DNA of 64,000 nucleotides from Myxococcales bacterium (GCA_037445065.1 JBBILD010000003.1:64001-128000), one strand, 5' to 3'. Shown: positions 36,300 to 46,089, counted from the first letter of the stretch. Notes: generated from the letters alone by a model not told the origin. Translations and numbers: made by a program.

Positions 36300-37556
36300 T
36301 CAAATGTTTGCTCCGTCTTCGTTTTGCAGAGGCGGTCTTTGTGCTTGCCCGCGTTCGGAAGAACCACAGACGGGCGAGTCGCACCGCGGCAGACCACCAG
36401 GATCACCCTGACCATGCGCGAAAGCGGCGGCGGGCAAGCAAAGCGCTGCACGCGGGAGATGGGACCTCGCGATGTTGCTTGCTGGTGGTTTTGGAGTCAG
36501 AAGAAGTTGGGGCTGCGGATGGTTTACCGGTGCCTTGGCGGTTGTCCCCGTGGTAAGCCAATCCGCCGGTCTGCGGACGAATGAGTGTGCCCAGCTCCGT
36601 CGCGCTAGGAGCAGATCGAACTCCCACGCGATGGTCACGCGCAGGGCATCCAGTTCGCCGCCGAGTTTGCTCAGCGCCCGCTCGGCCACCACCCGCGCTT
36701 GTTGCTCGGGATCCGGCAGGGGCTCGCGCACGAAGACAGAGACCTGCACAAAGTGGGTCTGTGCGATCTCTCCTTGCGCGCCGCGCCACGAAAAGACGCC
36801 GCGATAGACTTCGGCGCGCAGCACTTCTTCGAGTTCTTCGATCGCGTTTTGTGCTTGCACGACTTCCCACCAACGCTGGCCGCCGCCCCAGGCATAGCTG
36901 AGGGTGGCTCCGAGGCTAGCGCACAAAAGCAGCCAAAGTGACAGCCACCGCGGCGCGGGAGGATGCTCGCTCGTTAGTGGCGCGCCGCCTCCGGCAGATG
37001 CGGTGGTTGAAACGGGGCTTGCCGATCGTTCCACCACCACGCGGGTTCCGAAAATCGCGTCGTGCAAGGCCCTTCCGCTGGTTCCACTCCGCAAGTAAGA
37101 CCACAGCAGGGCCGATCCCAATCCCCAAGTGAGGGTGAAGCAGCTACCGTTGATGGCCATTGCCACTGGCAGCGACTCGGGGAAAAAAAACCAGCCGCGC
37201 GTCAAAAGCGGTAGGAGCAAAAGTGCGGCACGCGCGATCCCTCGCTCGAGGGAAAGGAACCCGCCGTCTACAGTGACCGTGCGTAGCCGCAGAAGTCGCT
37301 TGCCGAATGTACGCCCTTGCGTGAGCGTGCTGTTTTGGCCGCCGATGTAAGCGAGGAAAAAGAGGGCCCCGATCAGCCGGCCGCGCCGCCCCATGGCGAG
37401 GAACCGGTCGAGGAAGAGTGCGGCCAACACTTCGCCCACCAGCCACAAGATGGCGAGATCAATGGCCGCGGCTGCCAGGCGGCGCCGGGCACTGGCCGGG
37501 ATTGGTGCTTCGATGAGAGGCGCGGCGCCCTGGTGGTGCGATTGCGGCTGTTTCAT
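36300..37556 (-). CDS. RDD family membrane protein
   Basis: RRLAAAAIDL, GRTFGKRLLRLRTV, RALHDAIFGTRVV; C-terminal ~80 aa look poorly coding. Confidence 0.8.
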   Translation of the reverse strand: MKQPQSHHQGAAPLIEAPIPASARRRLAAAAIDLAILWLVGEVLAALFLDRFLAMGRRGRLIGALFFLAYIGGQNSTLTQGRTFGKRLLRLRTVTVDGGFLSLERGIARAALLLLPLLTRGWFFFPESLPVAMAINGSCFTLTWGLGSALLWSYLRSGTSGRALHDAIFGTRVVVERSASPVSTTASAGGGAPLTSEHPPAPRWLSLWLLLCASLGATLSYAWGGGQRWWEVVQAQNAIEELEEVLRAEVYRGVFSWRGAQGEIAQTHFVQVSVFVREPLPDPEQQARVVAERALSKLGGELDALRVTIAWEFDLLLARRSWAHSFVRRPADWLTTGTTAKAPVNHPQPQLLLTPKPPASNIARSHLPRAALCLPAAAFAHGQGDPGGLPRCDSPVCGSSERGQAQRPPLQNEDGANI

Positions 37557-37645
37557 CGTCGGTGGTGGTCGTTCTCGGCCGAGCACTGTTCGAGCAAGAC
37601 CGTTGCCCGATGGCCGTGCCCGGCATCGAGGTTTCGGAGGGCGCT

Positions 37646-38959
37646 TTACGCCCCCGCCAGGTCTACGTCCAGCACCCGTGCTGCCTTGTAGGCGAATCTG
37701 GGTACCGTGCCGCGCGGCACGAGCTCGATGTTTGCCTCGACGCCGAGTTGCGCCCGGAAGCGATCGCGGAGTCGCTCGGTCAATCCGGATTCTGCCCCCA
37801 CTCTTGCCGGGTCGAACTCGACGCGCACGCGCAGTACGGCTTGCGGAGGGCGGGGGCGCAAAATCTGGTACTCGGCAGATGGTGAGGAGATTTCTGGGAA
37901 CTCGTACAGGATCAGTGCCACATCAATGGGGAGAATCTCCCGGCCTGCGACCACGGTGATGTCGCGCACCCGTCCTTCGTAGAACAGCCGACGGTGGGTT
38001 TCCCCGCAGGGGCAAGGCTCCTCATTCCAGCGCACGATATCTTCCAGGTCGTAGCGGAGAAGGAAGTTGTCCTTCTCGAGAACGCTGACCACCAAGTTGC
38101 CGCGCTCGCCGTGGCCAAGGACCTTGCCGGTGTGGCGGTCGATGACCTCGACAATGGCGAGGTCCTCGGCGATGTGCGCGCCGTCCTGTTGCTCGCACGC
38201 GCTCCCTAGAAGCGGCAACGCTTCGAGTCCACTCGACACCATGGCGTATTGCTGCGCGGGATGATCACCGGCCATAAGCAGATTCAAGTCGCGCTGCGGG
38301 TCGAGCCCCCGCGCTGCCGCAGCCTCCGCGTACGCTGTGGCTACGTTCCCGAACAAACGGTAGTGATCGGGGCGCACTCTGCGCCACACCTCGAGCACGT
38401 CTTCGATCGGGTGCAATTCACCCGGCGGACCGCTGGGAACGTTCAGGATTCCGAGCCCCTCGATTCCGTGGCTAAAGTGCCAGCCACCAGCGTTCAGTCC
38501 GAAGGGATGCGCGTTCGCAAGGACTTGCCCGGGCCGGATCCCCCACCTCCAGCGTGCCCGGAAGGAAGCTTGGTAATCCACTGCGAGGTCGCGCTTGGTC
38601 CAAAGAATCCAGGTCGGACGCCCACTCGTACCGGTCGACGCTCCGCACCGCACCACTGCTTCCAAAGGAGCGCCGCGGTAGTCTCCGAACGGAGGAAACT
38701 CTTCCTCGTTTTGCCGGAGTTCGGCCTTGACCGTAGTCGGCAGGAGGGCGAGATCGTCCAGGGAACGGAGTGCGCCGGGATTCAACCCAGCGGCGCGGAA
38801 CTTGCGCAAGAAGAAGGGGATCGGTGTGCTCCAGATGCGTTCCCACTGGCGGCGTAACCGCTCCCACTGTAACCGGCGGATTTGCTCCCGCGGCAGAGTT
38901 TGCAATTGTGGGTCGAAGAAGCGCTGCGATGGTTCCCGGGGAGCGTTTTGTGTTACCAC
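37646..38959 (-). CDS. Phenylacetate-CoA ligase (PaaK)-like adenylate-forming enzyme
   Basis: LPTTVKAELR, GASTGTSGRP P-loop, LLRYDLEDI, CPCGETHRR, GRVRD. Confidence 0.85.
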   Translation of the reverse strand: MVTQNAPREPSQRFFDPQLQTLPREQIRRLQWERLRRQWERIWSTPIPFFLRKFRAAGLNPGALRSLDDLALLPTTVKAELRQNEEEFPPFGDYRGAPLEAVVRCGASTGTSGRPTWILWTKRDLAVDYQASFRARWRWGIRPGQVLANAHPFGLNAGGWHFSHGIEGLGILNVPSGPPGELHPIEDVLEVWRRVRPDHYRLFGNVATAYAEAAAARGLDPQRDLNLLMAGDHPAQQYAMVSSGLEALPLLGSACEQQDGAHIAEDLAIVEVIDRHTGKVLGHGERGNLVVSVLEKDNFLLRYDLEDIVRWNEEPCPCGETHRRLFYEGRVRDITVVAGREILPIDVALILYEFPEISSPSAEYQILRPRPPQAVLRVRVEFDPARVGAESGLTERLRDRFRAQLGVEANIELVPRGTVPRFAYKAARVLDVDLAGA

Positions 38960-38974
38960 GGAGGTGCCTCCTGT

Positions 38975-40252
38975 TCAGGCAAGCGCGTGGTTCTTGCCCG
39001 GCCGCAAATCCACCACCGTGTCGTTGTAGGGCGGCGTGCCGGCTCCGGCGGGCAGTTGCTGCGCCGGTACGATTTCCACGTCCATTTGAATCAAGATCTG
39101 CGCTTTCACGGCACGGGCGACCTCTTCGGCCAACTCAGTGGCGTCTGCCCGCTCCTCTACGCCGAGCCGCAAGCGCGCGCGCTCATAACGCTCGGCTGGC
39201 CGATGCTCGATTACGATCTGGAACGAGCGCACTTGTGGAAACGCTTGCAGCACGGCCCGCACTTGGGCAGGGTGCACAAGGACCCCTTTGATTTTGCGAA
39301 TTGCCCCAACTTGCCCGACAAAGCGCAAGCGCGGCGCCGGGTCGCCGCACGGGCACGGCTCGGGTAGGAGTTGGAAAACGTCGCCTGGTGCGTAGCGCAC
39401 GAGCGGCAAGGCGCGGGGGCCGAGCTGGGTTGCCACCAGCTCGCCGGCTCCCCCTGGTGCCACCGGCTCGCCGGTGTGCGGGTCGAGAAACTCGCAAAAC
39501 AGGTCCTTGACGTGGATATGCATTCCATCGTGGACTCGGCACTCCCCAGCCAGCGGTCCAATTTGCGCTTCGCCGCAGTGGTCGAAGAGTTCGATGCCTA
39601 ACTTCTCCTCCAGTTCTGCACGCAGGCGCGAAGTGAGCGCTTCTGCGGTGGAGAAGCCCACGCGGTAGGCGAGGTCTCGCTTGGGGTCGAGCCCTAGCTT
39701 TACGGCTGTGTCTGCAAGGTGCGCCAGAAAGCTCGGAGTGCCCGCGTACACGGTGGGCTGCCAGGCCCGCGCCAGCTGTACTTGCAGCTCGCTGTTCCCG
39801 GTGCCTCCGTTGATCACCAGGCAGCCGGCTGCCTCGAAGGCCCTGTGCAAGCGCAGCCCGCCGGGCATAATATGATAAGAAAGGGTCACGTGCACCACTT
39901 CTCCCGGCCGTACCCCCATGCTGCGGATGGATTCCCTCAGGGTTTCCGTGCCTTGCACTTCTTCAGGCAGGCGGGGAAGAAAAATCGGGCCCGGCGAAGT
40001 GTGCAGGCTGCCAAACGCGGAGCGCGGCACGGCCAAAAACTCCCCGAACGGAGGGTGTGCCTGCTGATTGGCCACAAGTTCGCTCTTGCGCAGCAACGGA
40101 ACTCTTTGGCGAAAACACTCGTAGTCGCGCAGCTCTTCGAGGCCAACGCCACGCCCGGCGAAGACTCGCCGGTAATACGGTGAGTGCTCGAGAACCCAAG
40201 CGAGGGTATCGCGCACGCGGGAAAAGACCTCGGTGGTCGGCGGCCAGGTCAT
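38975..40252 (-). CDS. PaaK-like CoA ligase paralog with atypical P-loop
   Basis: SPYYRR, VPLLRKSEL, LHTSPGPI, YAGTPSFL, PLVRYAPGD, CPCG, KIKGVLVHP. Confidence 0.82.
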   Translation of the reverse strand: MTWPPTTEVFSRVRDTLAWVLEHSPYYRRVFAGRGVGLEELRDYECFRQRVPLLRKSELVANQQAHPPFGEFLAVPRSAFGSLHTSPGPIFLPRLPEEVQGTETLRESIRSMGVRPGEVVHVTLSYHIMPGGLRLHRAFEAAGCLVINGGTGNSELQVQLARAWQPTVYAGTPSFLAHLADTAVKLGLDPKRDLAYRVGFSTAEALTSRLRAELEEKLGIELFDHCGEAQIGPLAGECRVHDGMHIHVKDLFCEFLDPHTGEPVAPGGAGELVATQLGPRALPLVRYAPGDVFQLLPEPCPCGDPAPRLRFVGQVGAIRKIKGVLVHPAQVRAVLQAFPQVRSFQIVIEHRPAERYERARLRLGVEERADATELAEEVARAVKAQILIQMDVEIVPAQQLPAGAGTPPYNDTVVDLRPGKNHALA

Positions 40253-40313
40253 CGCCGCGCTCGGTTAACAAACGTTCAGAACGCGCTCAAGCACGCACCC
40301 TCTCGCAGCTTGC

Positions 40314-40715
40314 CTACCGGGCAGCCCGACCGAGAAAGCGCGGGTCGGAGATACGCAGCTTGTCGGCCACCGTTTGTCGCACGTGATCGTGAATGGCCTT
40401 GCGCCGCTCCGGCGAACTCGGGCCTCCGTTGCGAATTTCTTCGCACAAGCGCTCCGTGTACGCGCGAACGAGCTGGCGCAGTTCGGCGGTGTTCTGCGGT
40501 GGCGCGTCACAGTCCGAGTAGAGTGCCGCGAGCCGCTCCCATTCTCGCCGCAAGTTGTCCTCCTCGAGTTCGATTTCGCGCCGCACAATGCCCACAGCGT
40601 TGGCAGCGACTCGCGCCAAAAACTGCGTGCGCCCGCTCAAGGCAGGCACGACCTCTTCCTCTAGGAAGCGTTGTACTGCGGTGAGGAGTTCGCTGGCGGT
40701 GGGGCGGTCTTGCAT
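40314..40715 (-). CDS. DUF6285-like protein
   Basis: MQDRPTASELLTAVQRFL..FLARVAANAVGIVRRE..KLRISDPRF, typical of genes found next to APH-family genes. Confidence 0.75.
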   Translation of the reverse strand: MQDRPTASELLTAVQRFLEEEVVPALSGRTQFLARVAANAVGIVRREIELEEDNLRREWERLAALYSDCDAPPQNTAELRQLVRAYTERLCEEIRNGGPSSPERRKAIHDHVRQTVADKLRISDPRFLGRAAR

Positions 40716-40740
40716 CGGGACACCCATTCGAGGCGTCTGC

Positions 40741-41493
40741 TCAGGGCAAGCGCGATCGTTGCAACAGTTCGAAGAGTTGCGCGCAGTTTCCCACGCTGCG
40801 GTTTGCAACGATGGCGCACGCCAGTTGGCGGCGCATCACAGGGCTGCCAGCCGCGCGACCCTCCGAGCGCACTTCACCAACGCCGGGGACGAGAATGGTC
40901 ACATTGGTCAGTTGCACCGGGCCGTCCGGTCCGTGCAAGGTGCGCTCGGTTGTGAGTTGCACGCCCCGCGCGTAAGTGCCGAACATCCACTGCCCAGGCG
41001 GTGCAGCTTGGGTTCGGGTGATTTGCGTGACCCGAAGGGTGCCGGCCGCTTGGTTGGTTCCCAGTTGGCGCACATCGACACTGCTGGTCGCGGTGCTCTC
41101 GCCAGGGAAGAGTGGCACGGTCAAATACGGGAGGGGCGGTTCATAGGTGAGTTTGAGGCCGCGCGTGTAATCTTCCTCGCTGACCAACCACAGTGTGGTG
41201 CCATCGTCACGGATAATCACGCGCCCAGTCGCCATGCCGTCCTCGCTCAAGGAGACTTCGTACTCGTTGGCTGGCTCCAGCTTGCTGATGTGCTCCACTT
41301 GTAAGGCACTCGGGCGGAAGCCATCCGCGCTCGGCCGTTCGACAAGAAAGACAAAGTGGTCGCGGTCATGATGCGGAACAATTTCCGTCAGCGTCTTGGC
41401 CAGCGCGTCTCGCGCCGGTTTGCGTGCACTGCAACCTGTGTTGCCGGCACACAACGCGCACAGGAGCAGGGAAACAAAGACCCCGACTCTCAT
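40741..41493 (-). CDS. Putative lipoprotein/secreted beta-rich protein
   Basis: MRVGVFVSLLLCALCAGNTGC signal/lipobox-like N-terminus; ATGA overlap with the APH stop; YEPPLPYL..GVGEV. Confidence 0.7.
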   Translation of the reverse strand: MRVGVFVSLLLCALCAGNTGCSARKPARDALAKTLTEIVPHHDRDHFVFLVERPSADGFRPSALQVEHISKLEPANEYEVSLSEDGMATGRVIIRDDGTTLWLVSEEDYTRGLKLTYEPPLPYLTVPLFPGESTATSSVDVRQLGTNQAAGTLRVTQITRTQAAPPGQWMFGTYARGVQLTTERTLHGPDGPVQLTNVTILVPGVGEVRSEGRAAGSPVMRRQLACAIVANRSVGNCAQLFELLQRSRLP

Positions 41494-42518
41494 CCCTCCT
41501 CGCCGAGCAATTGCAGCAATTCCCACTCGGTCTCTGCGGTGCGCCGCCCAATGGTGGCGAGTTCGACGTTGTTGCTGGTTCCGTCCAGAAAGCCCCTTGC
41601 CTGCAAAATGGTGATGATGCCCCATTTGAGATTTCCCAACACTTCCCAATAGCGTACGCGACGGGGATCGACAGGGTGGCCGCTGGCGCGCTCGTAGGCC
41701 CGGTAGAACTCTTCACGCTGCGCGAGCCCGGCAACGGGCAGCGTATCTTGCCCGAACCGCCAGGAGCGCACGCAAAGCCAGCCTAGATCTTCCATCGGGT
41801 CTCCGATGTGCGCCAGCTCCCAGTCGAGGACCGCGCGTAAGCCGTCTTGGCCGACCAGCACGTTGCCGAGGCGGAAGTCCCCGTGCACAAGCGTTCGGCG
41901 GTCCTCGTACACGGCGTGTTCCCGGAGCCAGCAAAACGCTAGCTCGAAGGCAGGATGCGGGTCGGGCGTCACCGCCCGGTACAAGTGCTCGAACCGTTCG
42001 AGTTCGAACAACGCCGCTGGTTGTTCGGCGGCAGGGCAGGGCAGGAAGTCAAGGCGGCGCGCTTGCCAATCCACCGCATGGATGCGGGCCAAGGCCTGCG
42101 CGAGTTGGTCGGGTAGCGCTTTGCGTGCTGCTTCGTAGCTTTCCTCCCGCAGGAGCCGGCGCGGAACCGTTTCCCCTTCGAGCCACTCCATGAAAAACCC
42201 CGGCGTGCCGAACGCGCTTCCATCGGAAGCGAGCCAAAAAACGCGCGGCACAGGCACGCCGCAATCGCGCACCACCTCGAGCAGGCGATACTCATCCCGT
42301 CGCTGACCTGGCAGATGGGAGCCCGGTGGATCGCAGCGCAGGACCAGTTTGTGCGGCAACTCGCGCGCGCTGGCCGGGTCGAGCGCAATCACCCAAGTTT
42401 GTCGAGACGCTCCTCCAGGAAGGCGCTCAGCGCGCTCGATCCTTACGCCCGGGCACCGGGAGCAGTGCGCGATCCATTGCTCGAGTCTGCGCTCGAAGTC
42501 TGTTTGCTCCGCGCTCAC
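41490..42518 (-). CDS. Phosphotransferase (APH/ACAD10-like) family protein
   Basis: GGASRQTW, GVPVPRV, TLVHGDFRLGN, VLDWELAHIGDPMEDLGW. Confidence 0.9.
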   Translation of the reverse strand: MSAEQTDFERRLEQWIAHCSRCPGVRIERAERLPGGASRQTWVIALDPASARELPHKLVLRCDPPGSHLPGQRRDEYRLLEVVRDCGVPVPRVFWLASDGSAFGTPGFFMEWLEGETVPRRLLREESYEAARKALPDQLAQALARIHAVDWQARRLDFLPCPAAEQPAALFELERFEHLYRAVTPDPHPAFELAFCWLREHAVYEDRRTLVHGDFRLGNVLVGQDGLRAVLDWELAHIGDPMEDLGWLCVRSWRFGQDTLPVAGLAQREEFYRAYERASGHPVDPRRVRYWEVLGNLKWGIITILQARGFLDGTSNNVELATIGRRTAETEWELLQLLGEEG

Positions 42519-42940
42519 AAACGGGCGTGCATAGCAGGCCGCAGGGAAAGTGCATCGAGGCGAGATGCGACGTGGTGGCACGGGCCGTTGGGGCACTCCG
42601 GTGGGAGGGCGAGTGCCTGGTGACTCGCCGCGGAGCGCGCCCAGGGCGGGTCCGGTAGGCCGCTTAAACCTCGCGCCGGCAGGGTGGACAAACCCGGGCG
42701 TTTTGCACCTCTCGCACGTCTTCCGAGCCCGGGGACGCGGAGCGCATCGTAACCGAGATCGCCGCCTTTTCAGTCAAGCGGGTATCGCCGGCCCTCACGA
42801 CACGCTCGGGCCGGAAAAAGAGGAGTGGGTCGGGCTCGGACGCTGGTTCGTAGGGATTGCCGGTCGGGGCTCCGAAGTGCAATGCCCTCCGGGTCCAATG
42901 ATCCGTCGCTGGCGCGGGATGCGTTCGCTCGGCCGCCGGG

Positions 42941-44311
42941 TCAAACATAGGCCACCACAGCCGGCGGCCCTGGTTTAAAGGCGAAGCGGTAATTGGCAAG
43001 GTGGTATGCGGCACTCAGGTGTTTCCGGAAAAAGCCGCGGTCCATCTGCTCGATAAAGTCGGGCACGTAGTCGTCGGCGACAAACTGCACCGTACAGCCG
43101 CCGAAGCCCGCCCCGGTCAGACGCGGCCCCAGTGCGCCTGCTTGTTTGGCCACCCGCACCAGATCTTCGAGCGCCGGACAACTGATCTCGTAATCGTCGC
43201 GGCAACTGCGGTGCGAGTCCTCCATGAGTTCGCCCACGCGCCGCACGTCGGCCGCGTGCAGGGCCTGTTCCGCGAGTTCCACCCGCGCCGCCTCGCTCAA
43301 CACGTGGCGCAGCCGGCGGACCGGCCAAAGTGGGTCTTCGGGCTGAATTTCGAAATGGCCGAGCGGCTTTATGTCCGCCTTGCTCACCTTTAGGCGGCGG
43401 GCCAAGTCAGCAATCGAAACGGGTTCCTCCGGAATCACGCTGCGCAACGCGTCGAGTAGCTCTTCTGCCGTGCTTTGCGGGCGGTAGCGAAAAAGGTCGG
43501 CCACCCGGTAAATGGGCACGCTCTGCAAGCCGAGTACTTCTTGCAGTACCAGGGTGGCCACGTTGCACTCTGCCACTCGGCGATTGTACGCCTCACGCGC
43601 TCCCGCCGCTTTACGCGCAGGCACCAGGCTATGGCACACCACAATTGAATATCCCGGTGGGAGCGGGACCAGGCGGGTGCGCAGCGGAAAGAAATCAATG
43701 CGTAGCGCGTGGTTCTCGCGCCCCAACAGGCAAATGGCTTGATCCATGCCACCGCTGAGGGTGCCGACAAAGCGTTCCGCCACTGCCATTTCTTCGGCCA
43801 GGCGCTCCGCGTTCCAATCCCCCCGCTGGGCGGCGATCAACGCGAGCGCCGACGCCACCACCAGGGCAGAGGAGGAAGCCAAACCGGCGCCCCACGGGAT
43901 GTTGCCGTCCACTAGCAGCCGTGCGCCCGCAATCAGTGGACGAATGCGAAGCACGCCCACCACGGCCGCACGCACATAGTTGCTCCAATCACCCAGCGGG
44001 GCAGGGGAGAGCTGCGGATCGAGCGGAAAGCGATGGGGAGGGAAGCGCTCATCGAGATTCTTCAGGATCACCTCGCCGTACCCGAGGCTCGCGCCTGCGA
44101 TCAGCACGCTCCTGCGCAGGGTCACGGGCAAGACCGGAAACCCGTTGTAGTCGGTGTGCTCCCCGATCAGGTTGACCCGCCCGGGGGCACGCACGATGAA
44201 CTGGGTGCCGCGTCGGTGGCGAGCGAAGAAGTAGCCATTGAGGCGGCTGGCGCGATCGTGTTCCTCTGCGGGGAGCGGATCATAGTTGGTGGCTCGCTTG
44301 AGCGTATCCAT
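42941..44311 (-). CDS. galK: Galactokinase/N-acetylgalactosamine kinase (GHMP family)
   Basis: RAPGRVNLIGEHTDYNG, PWGAGLASSSA, GGMDQ, RLTGAGFGGC. Confidence 0.88.
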   Translation of the reverse strand: MDTLKRATNYDPLPAEEHDRASRLNGYFFARHRRGTQFIVRAPGRVNLIGEHTDYNGFPVLPVTLRRSVLIAGASLGYGEVILKNLDERFPPHRFPLDPQLSPAPLGDWSNYVRAAVVGVLRIRPLIAGARLLVDGNIPWGAGLASSSALVVASALALIAAQRGDWNAERLAEEMAVAERFVGTLSGGMDQAICLLGRENHALRIDFFPLRTRLVPLPPGYSIVVCHSLVPARKAAGAREAYNRRVAECNVATLVLQEVLGLQSVPIYRVADLFRYRPQSTAEELLDALRSVIPEEPVSIADLARRLKVSKADIKPLGHFEIQPEDPLWPVRRLRHVLSEAARVELAEQALHAADVRRVGELMEDSHRSCRDDYEISCPALEDLVRVAKQAGALGPRLTGAGFGGCTVQFVADDYVPDFIEQMDRGFFRKHLSAAYHLANYRFAFKPGPPAVVAYV

Positions 44312-44327
44312 ACGCTGCCTGGTGTGG

Positions 44328-45062
44328 TTACCCCGCTCGGTCACTGGGGTCAAACGCCACTTCTGCTTCTGCCAGGGCCTCGGGCGTGCCGAGGTCGCTC
44401 CAAAAGCCCTGGATGGCGCAGGCTCGCACCTCGTGCCCGGCGCCAATCATCTGCTGCACCGCTTGTGGCAGCTCCTTTTCTCCGCGAACCGAGGGCGCAA
44501 CCTCGCGCGCGTAGTCGAATATCAAAGGCCGGTAAATACCGAGCCCGGCGTTGTTCCAACGGGTGGTGGAGGTTCCCGGCGCAGGCTTCTCGACAATGCG
44601 CTCGACTCGACCGTCTTCTGCCAGGTAAACCGCAGCCCCCGCACAGGGGTCTTCCACCTCGTTTACCGCGATCCATCCGGTACAGGGCAGAGCTTCGAAG
44701 CGCTCGCGGAGTCGGCAGTAGTTGTAACTGCTGGTTACCACGTCCCCCCAGGAGAGAAAGATCTCCTGGGTTTTGATGTGCGGCTCAGCCAGGAGCAGTG
44801 CGGCGGCCGTACCTTCCGGATGCTGCTGCCACACATAGTCAAGGCGTAAGCCAAGCTCCCTACCGGTGCCGAAGCGGCCCACGATCTGTTCGCCGAGGTA
44901 TCCGACGACAATCACTACGGTTTCCACACCCGCACTGGCCAAGCCGCGAAGCACATGGGCTAGAATAGGTTCCCCACGCAAGGGTAACAGTGGCTTGGGA
45001 GTGCTGGCGGTAAGGACCCCCATGCGGCTGCCGCGCCCTGCTGCCAGAACCACACCGATCAC
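44328..45062 (-). CDS. Sugar-1-phosphate nucleotidyltransferase
   Basis: LAAGRGSRM..PKPLL, QQHPEGTA, SWGD, IVEKP, NAGL, WSDLGTPE. Confidence 0.9.
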   Translation of the reverse strand: MIGVVLAAGRGSRMGVLTASTPKPLLPLRGEPILAHVLRGLASAGVETVVIVVGYLGEQIVGRFGTGRELGLRLDYVWQQHPEGTAAALLLAEPHIKTQEIFLSWGDVVTSSYNYCRLRERFEALPCTGWIAVNEVEDPCAGAAVYLAEDGRVERIVEKPAPGTSTTRWNNAGLGIYRPLIFDYAREVAPSVRGEKELPQAVQQMIGAGHEVRACAIQGFWSDLGTPEALAEAEVAFDPSDRAG

Positions 45063-45138
45063 GGTAGCAGAGGAAATAGAACGATCCGCCGCGGGTACGG
45101 AACCGGCGACGCTGAGAATGACACCGCGGGAAGGCGCC

Positions 45139-46089
45139 TCAGCCGTGCGGCCCAGGGCGCCGCGGTGGGCGAGTTGGCCGTGGCGGCCTCGGCGCTCGTA
45201 CGGGCCGGCGGATGGTTGGGGTGGGCGTTCGTGTCGGAGCTAACGTGGGGGTGTTGGTCGGAGGAGCGGCTGAGCGTGTCGGGGTTGCGGCCACCGGAGG
45301 TTGCGTTGGCTGATCCGGGCACAAGCCAGGAACACTGGGTGGCATGTTGCCGACACGCGCAGGTACCGAAATGCTCACCACACCGGCGTTGGACTGCAAG
45401 TCATCCCGTTCCTCGAGCAAGATACGATTGGGGTTCGCCACGTTCACCAAGAAGTATTGCCCAGGAGGCACACCGCCGTCGGTCCGGCACAGGTCCAATT
45501 CGATGAACTGATCCGGGTAAAAATCGTCGTACACGTCTGCCCAACCAGGAGAAATCCCTTGCACTCCCTCCTGTACGCCACAATTGGCGAATACCTGTCG
45601 CTGCGGAAACGGCGCGCGCAGCGGCTCGATGTCAATCAGACAAAACGACACTTTGGGGGCTCGCGCGACGATGGGGCCGGTGAACGGATCGTCCCTACGC
45701 AGCTGGTACTCGGCAAAGTCGTTGACGTGGAAATGGTTGTGGCTCTTGTGGAACTCGAACGTGCCAGCGTCGTGTGTGCACTCCGTGCCGTCCGACCGCC
45801 GCACGATTTGCGTGGCGCGGGTGACCGGACCCGACGGAGTTTGCTCAGTTTTCCCTTGTACAATCAGCGGTCCTTGACCCAAGTTCGCGATCTTGGTGGT
45901 AAAGTAGAGTCGGCGTACCCCCTGCCGCTCCACCACTCGGGCACGCAGCGGCGGGAGGGCTTGCAAATCGGGTTTGAGCAAGCGCGGATCGTTCGGATCG
46001 CAGGGTTCCGCCAGTGCCGTGGTGCCCACGGCACTCACCGAAGCGAGCCAAAGACATCCGAAAAGCCCCACCCGAACCAAACCTCTCAT
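45139..46089 (-). CDS. Secreted lysyl oxidase-like protein
   Basis: Signal peptide ending TALA; PDL, IANLGQGP, FHKSHNHFH copper motif, KVSFCLID, QGISPGWADVY; Pro/Arg-rich tail. Confidence 0.85.
   Translation of the reverse strand: MRGLVRVGLFGCLWLASVSAVGTTALAEPCDPNDPRLLKPDLQALPPLRARVVERQGVRRLYFTTKIANLGQGPLIVQGKTEQTPSGPVTRATQIVRRSDGTECTHDAGTFEFHKSHNHFHVNDFAEYQLRRDDPFTGPIVARAPKVSFCLIDIEPLRAPFPQRQVFANCGVQEGVQGISPGWADVYDDFYPDQFIELDLCRTDGGVPPGQYFLVNVANPNRILLEERDDLQSNAGVVSISVPARVGNMPPSVPGLCPDQPTQPPVAATPTRSAAPPTNTPTLAPTRTPTPTIRRPVRAPRPPRPTRPPRRPGPHG

Noticed and set aside
35723..36300. ORFs between the amidohydrolase and RDD genes
   Set aside because: No motif, RBS or consistent frame supports a gene
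42592..42617. CIRCE-like inverted repeat GGCACTC...GAGTGCC
   Set aside because: Spacer is 12 nt rather than 9, the outer TTA/TAA arms are missing and no heat-shock gene is adjacent
42664..43014. 116-aa minus-strand ORF between galK and the APH gene
   Set aside because: Overlaps the galK end, has no recognisable motif and is likely spurious in GC-rich DNA
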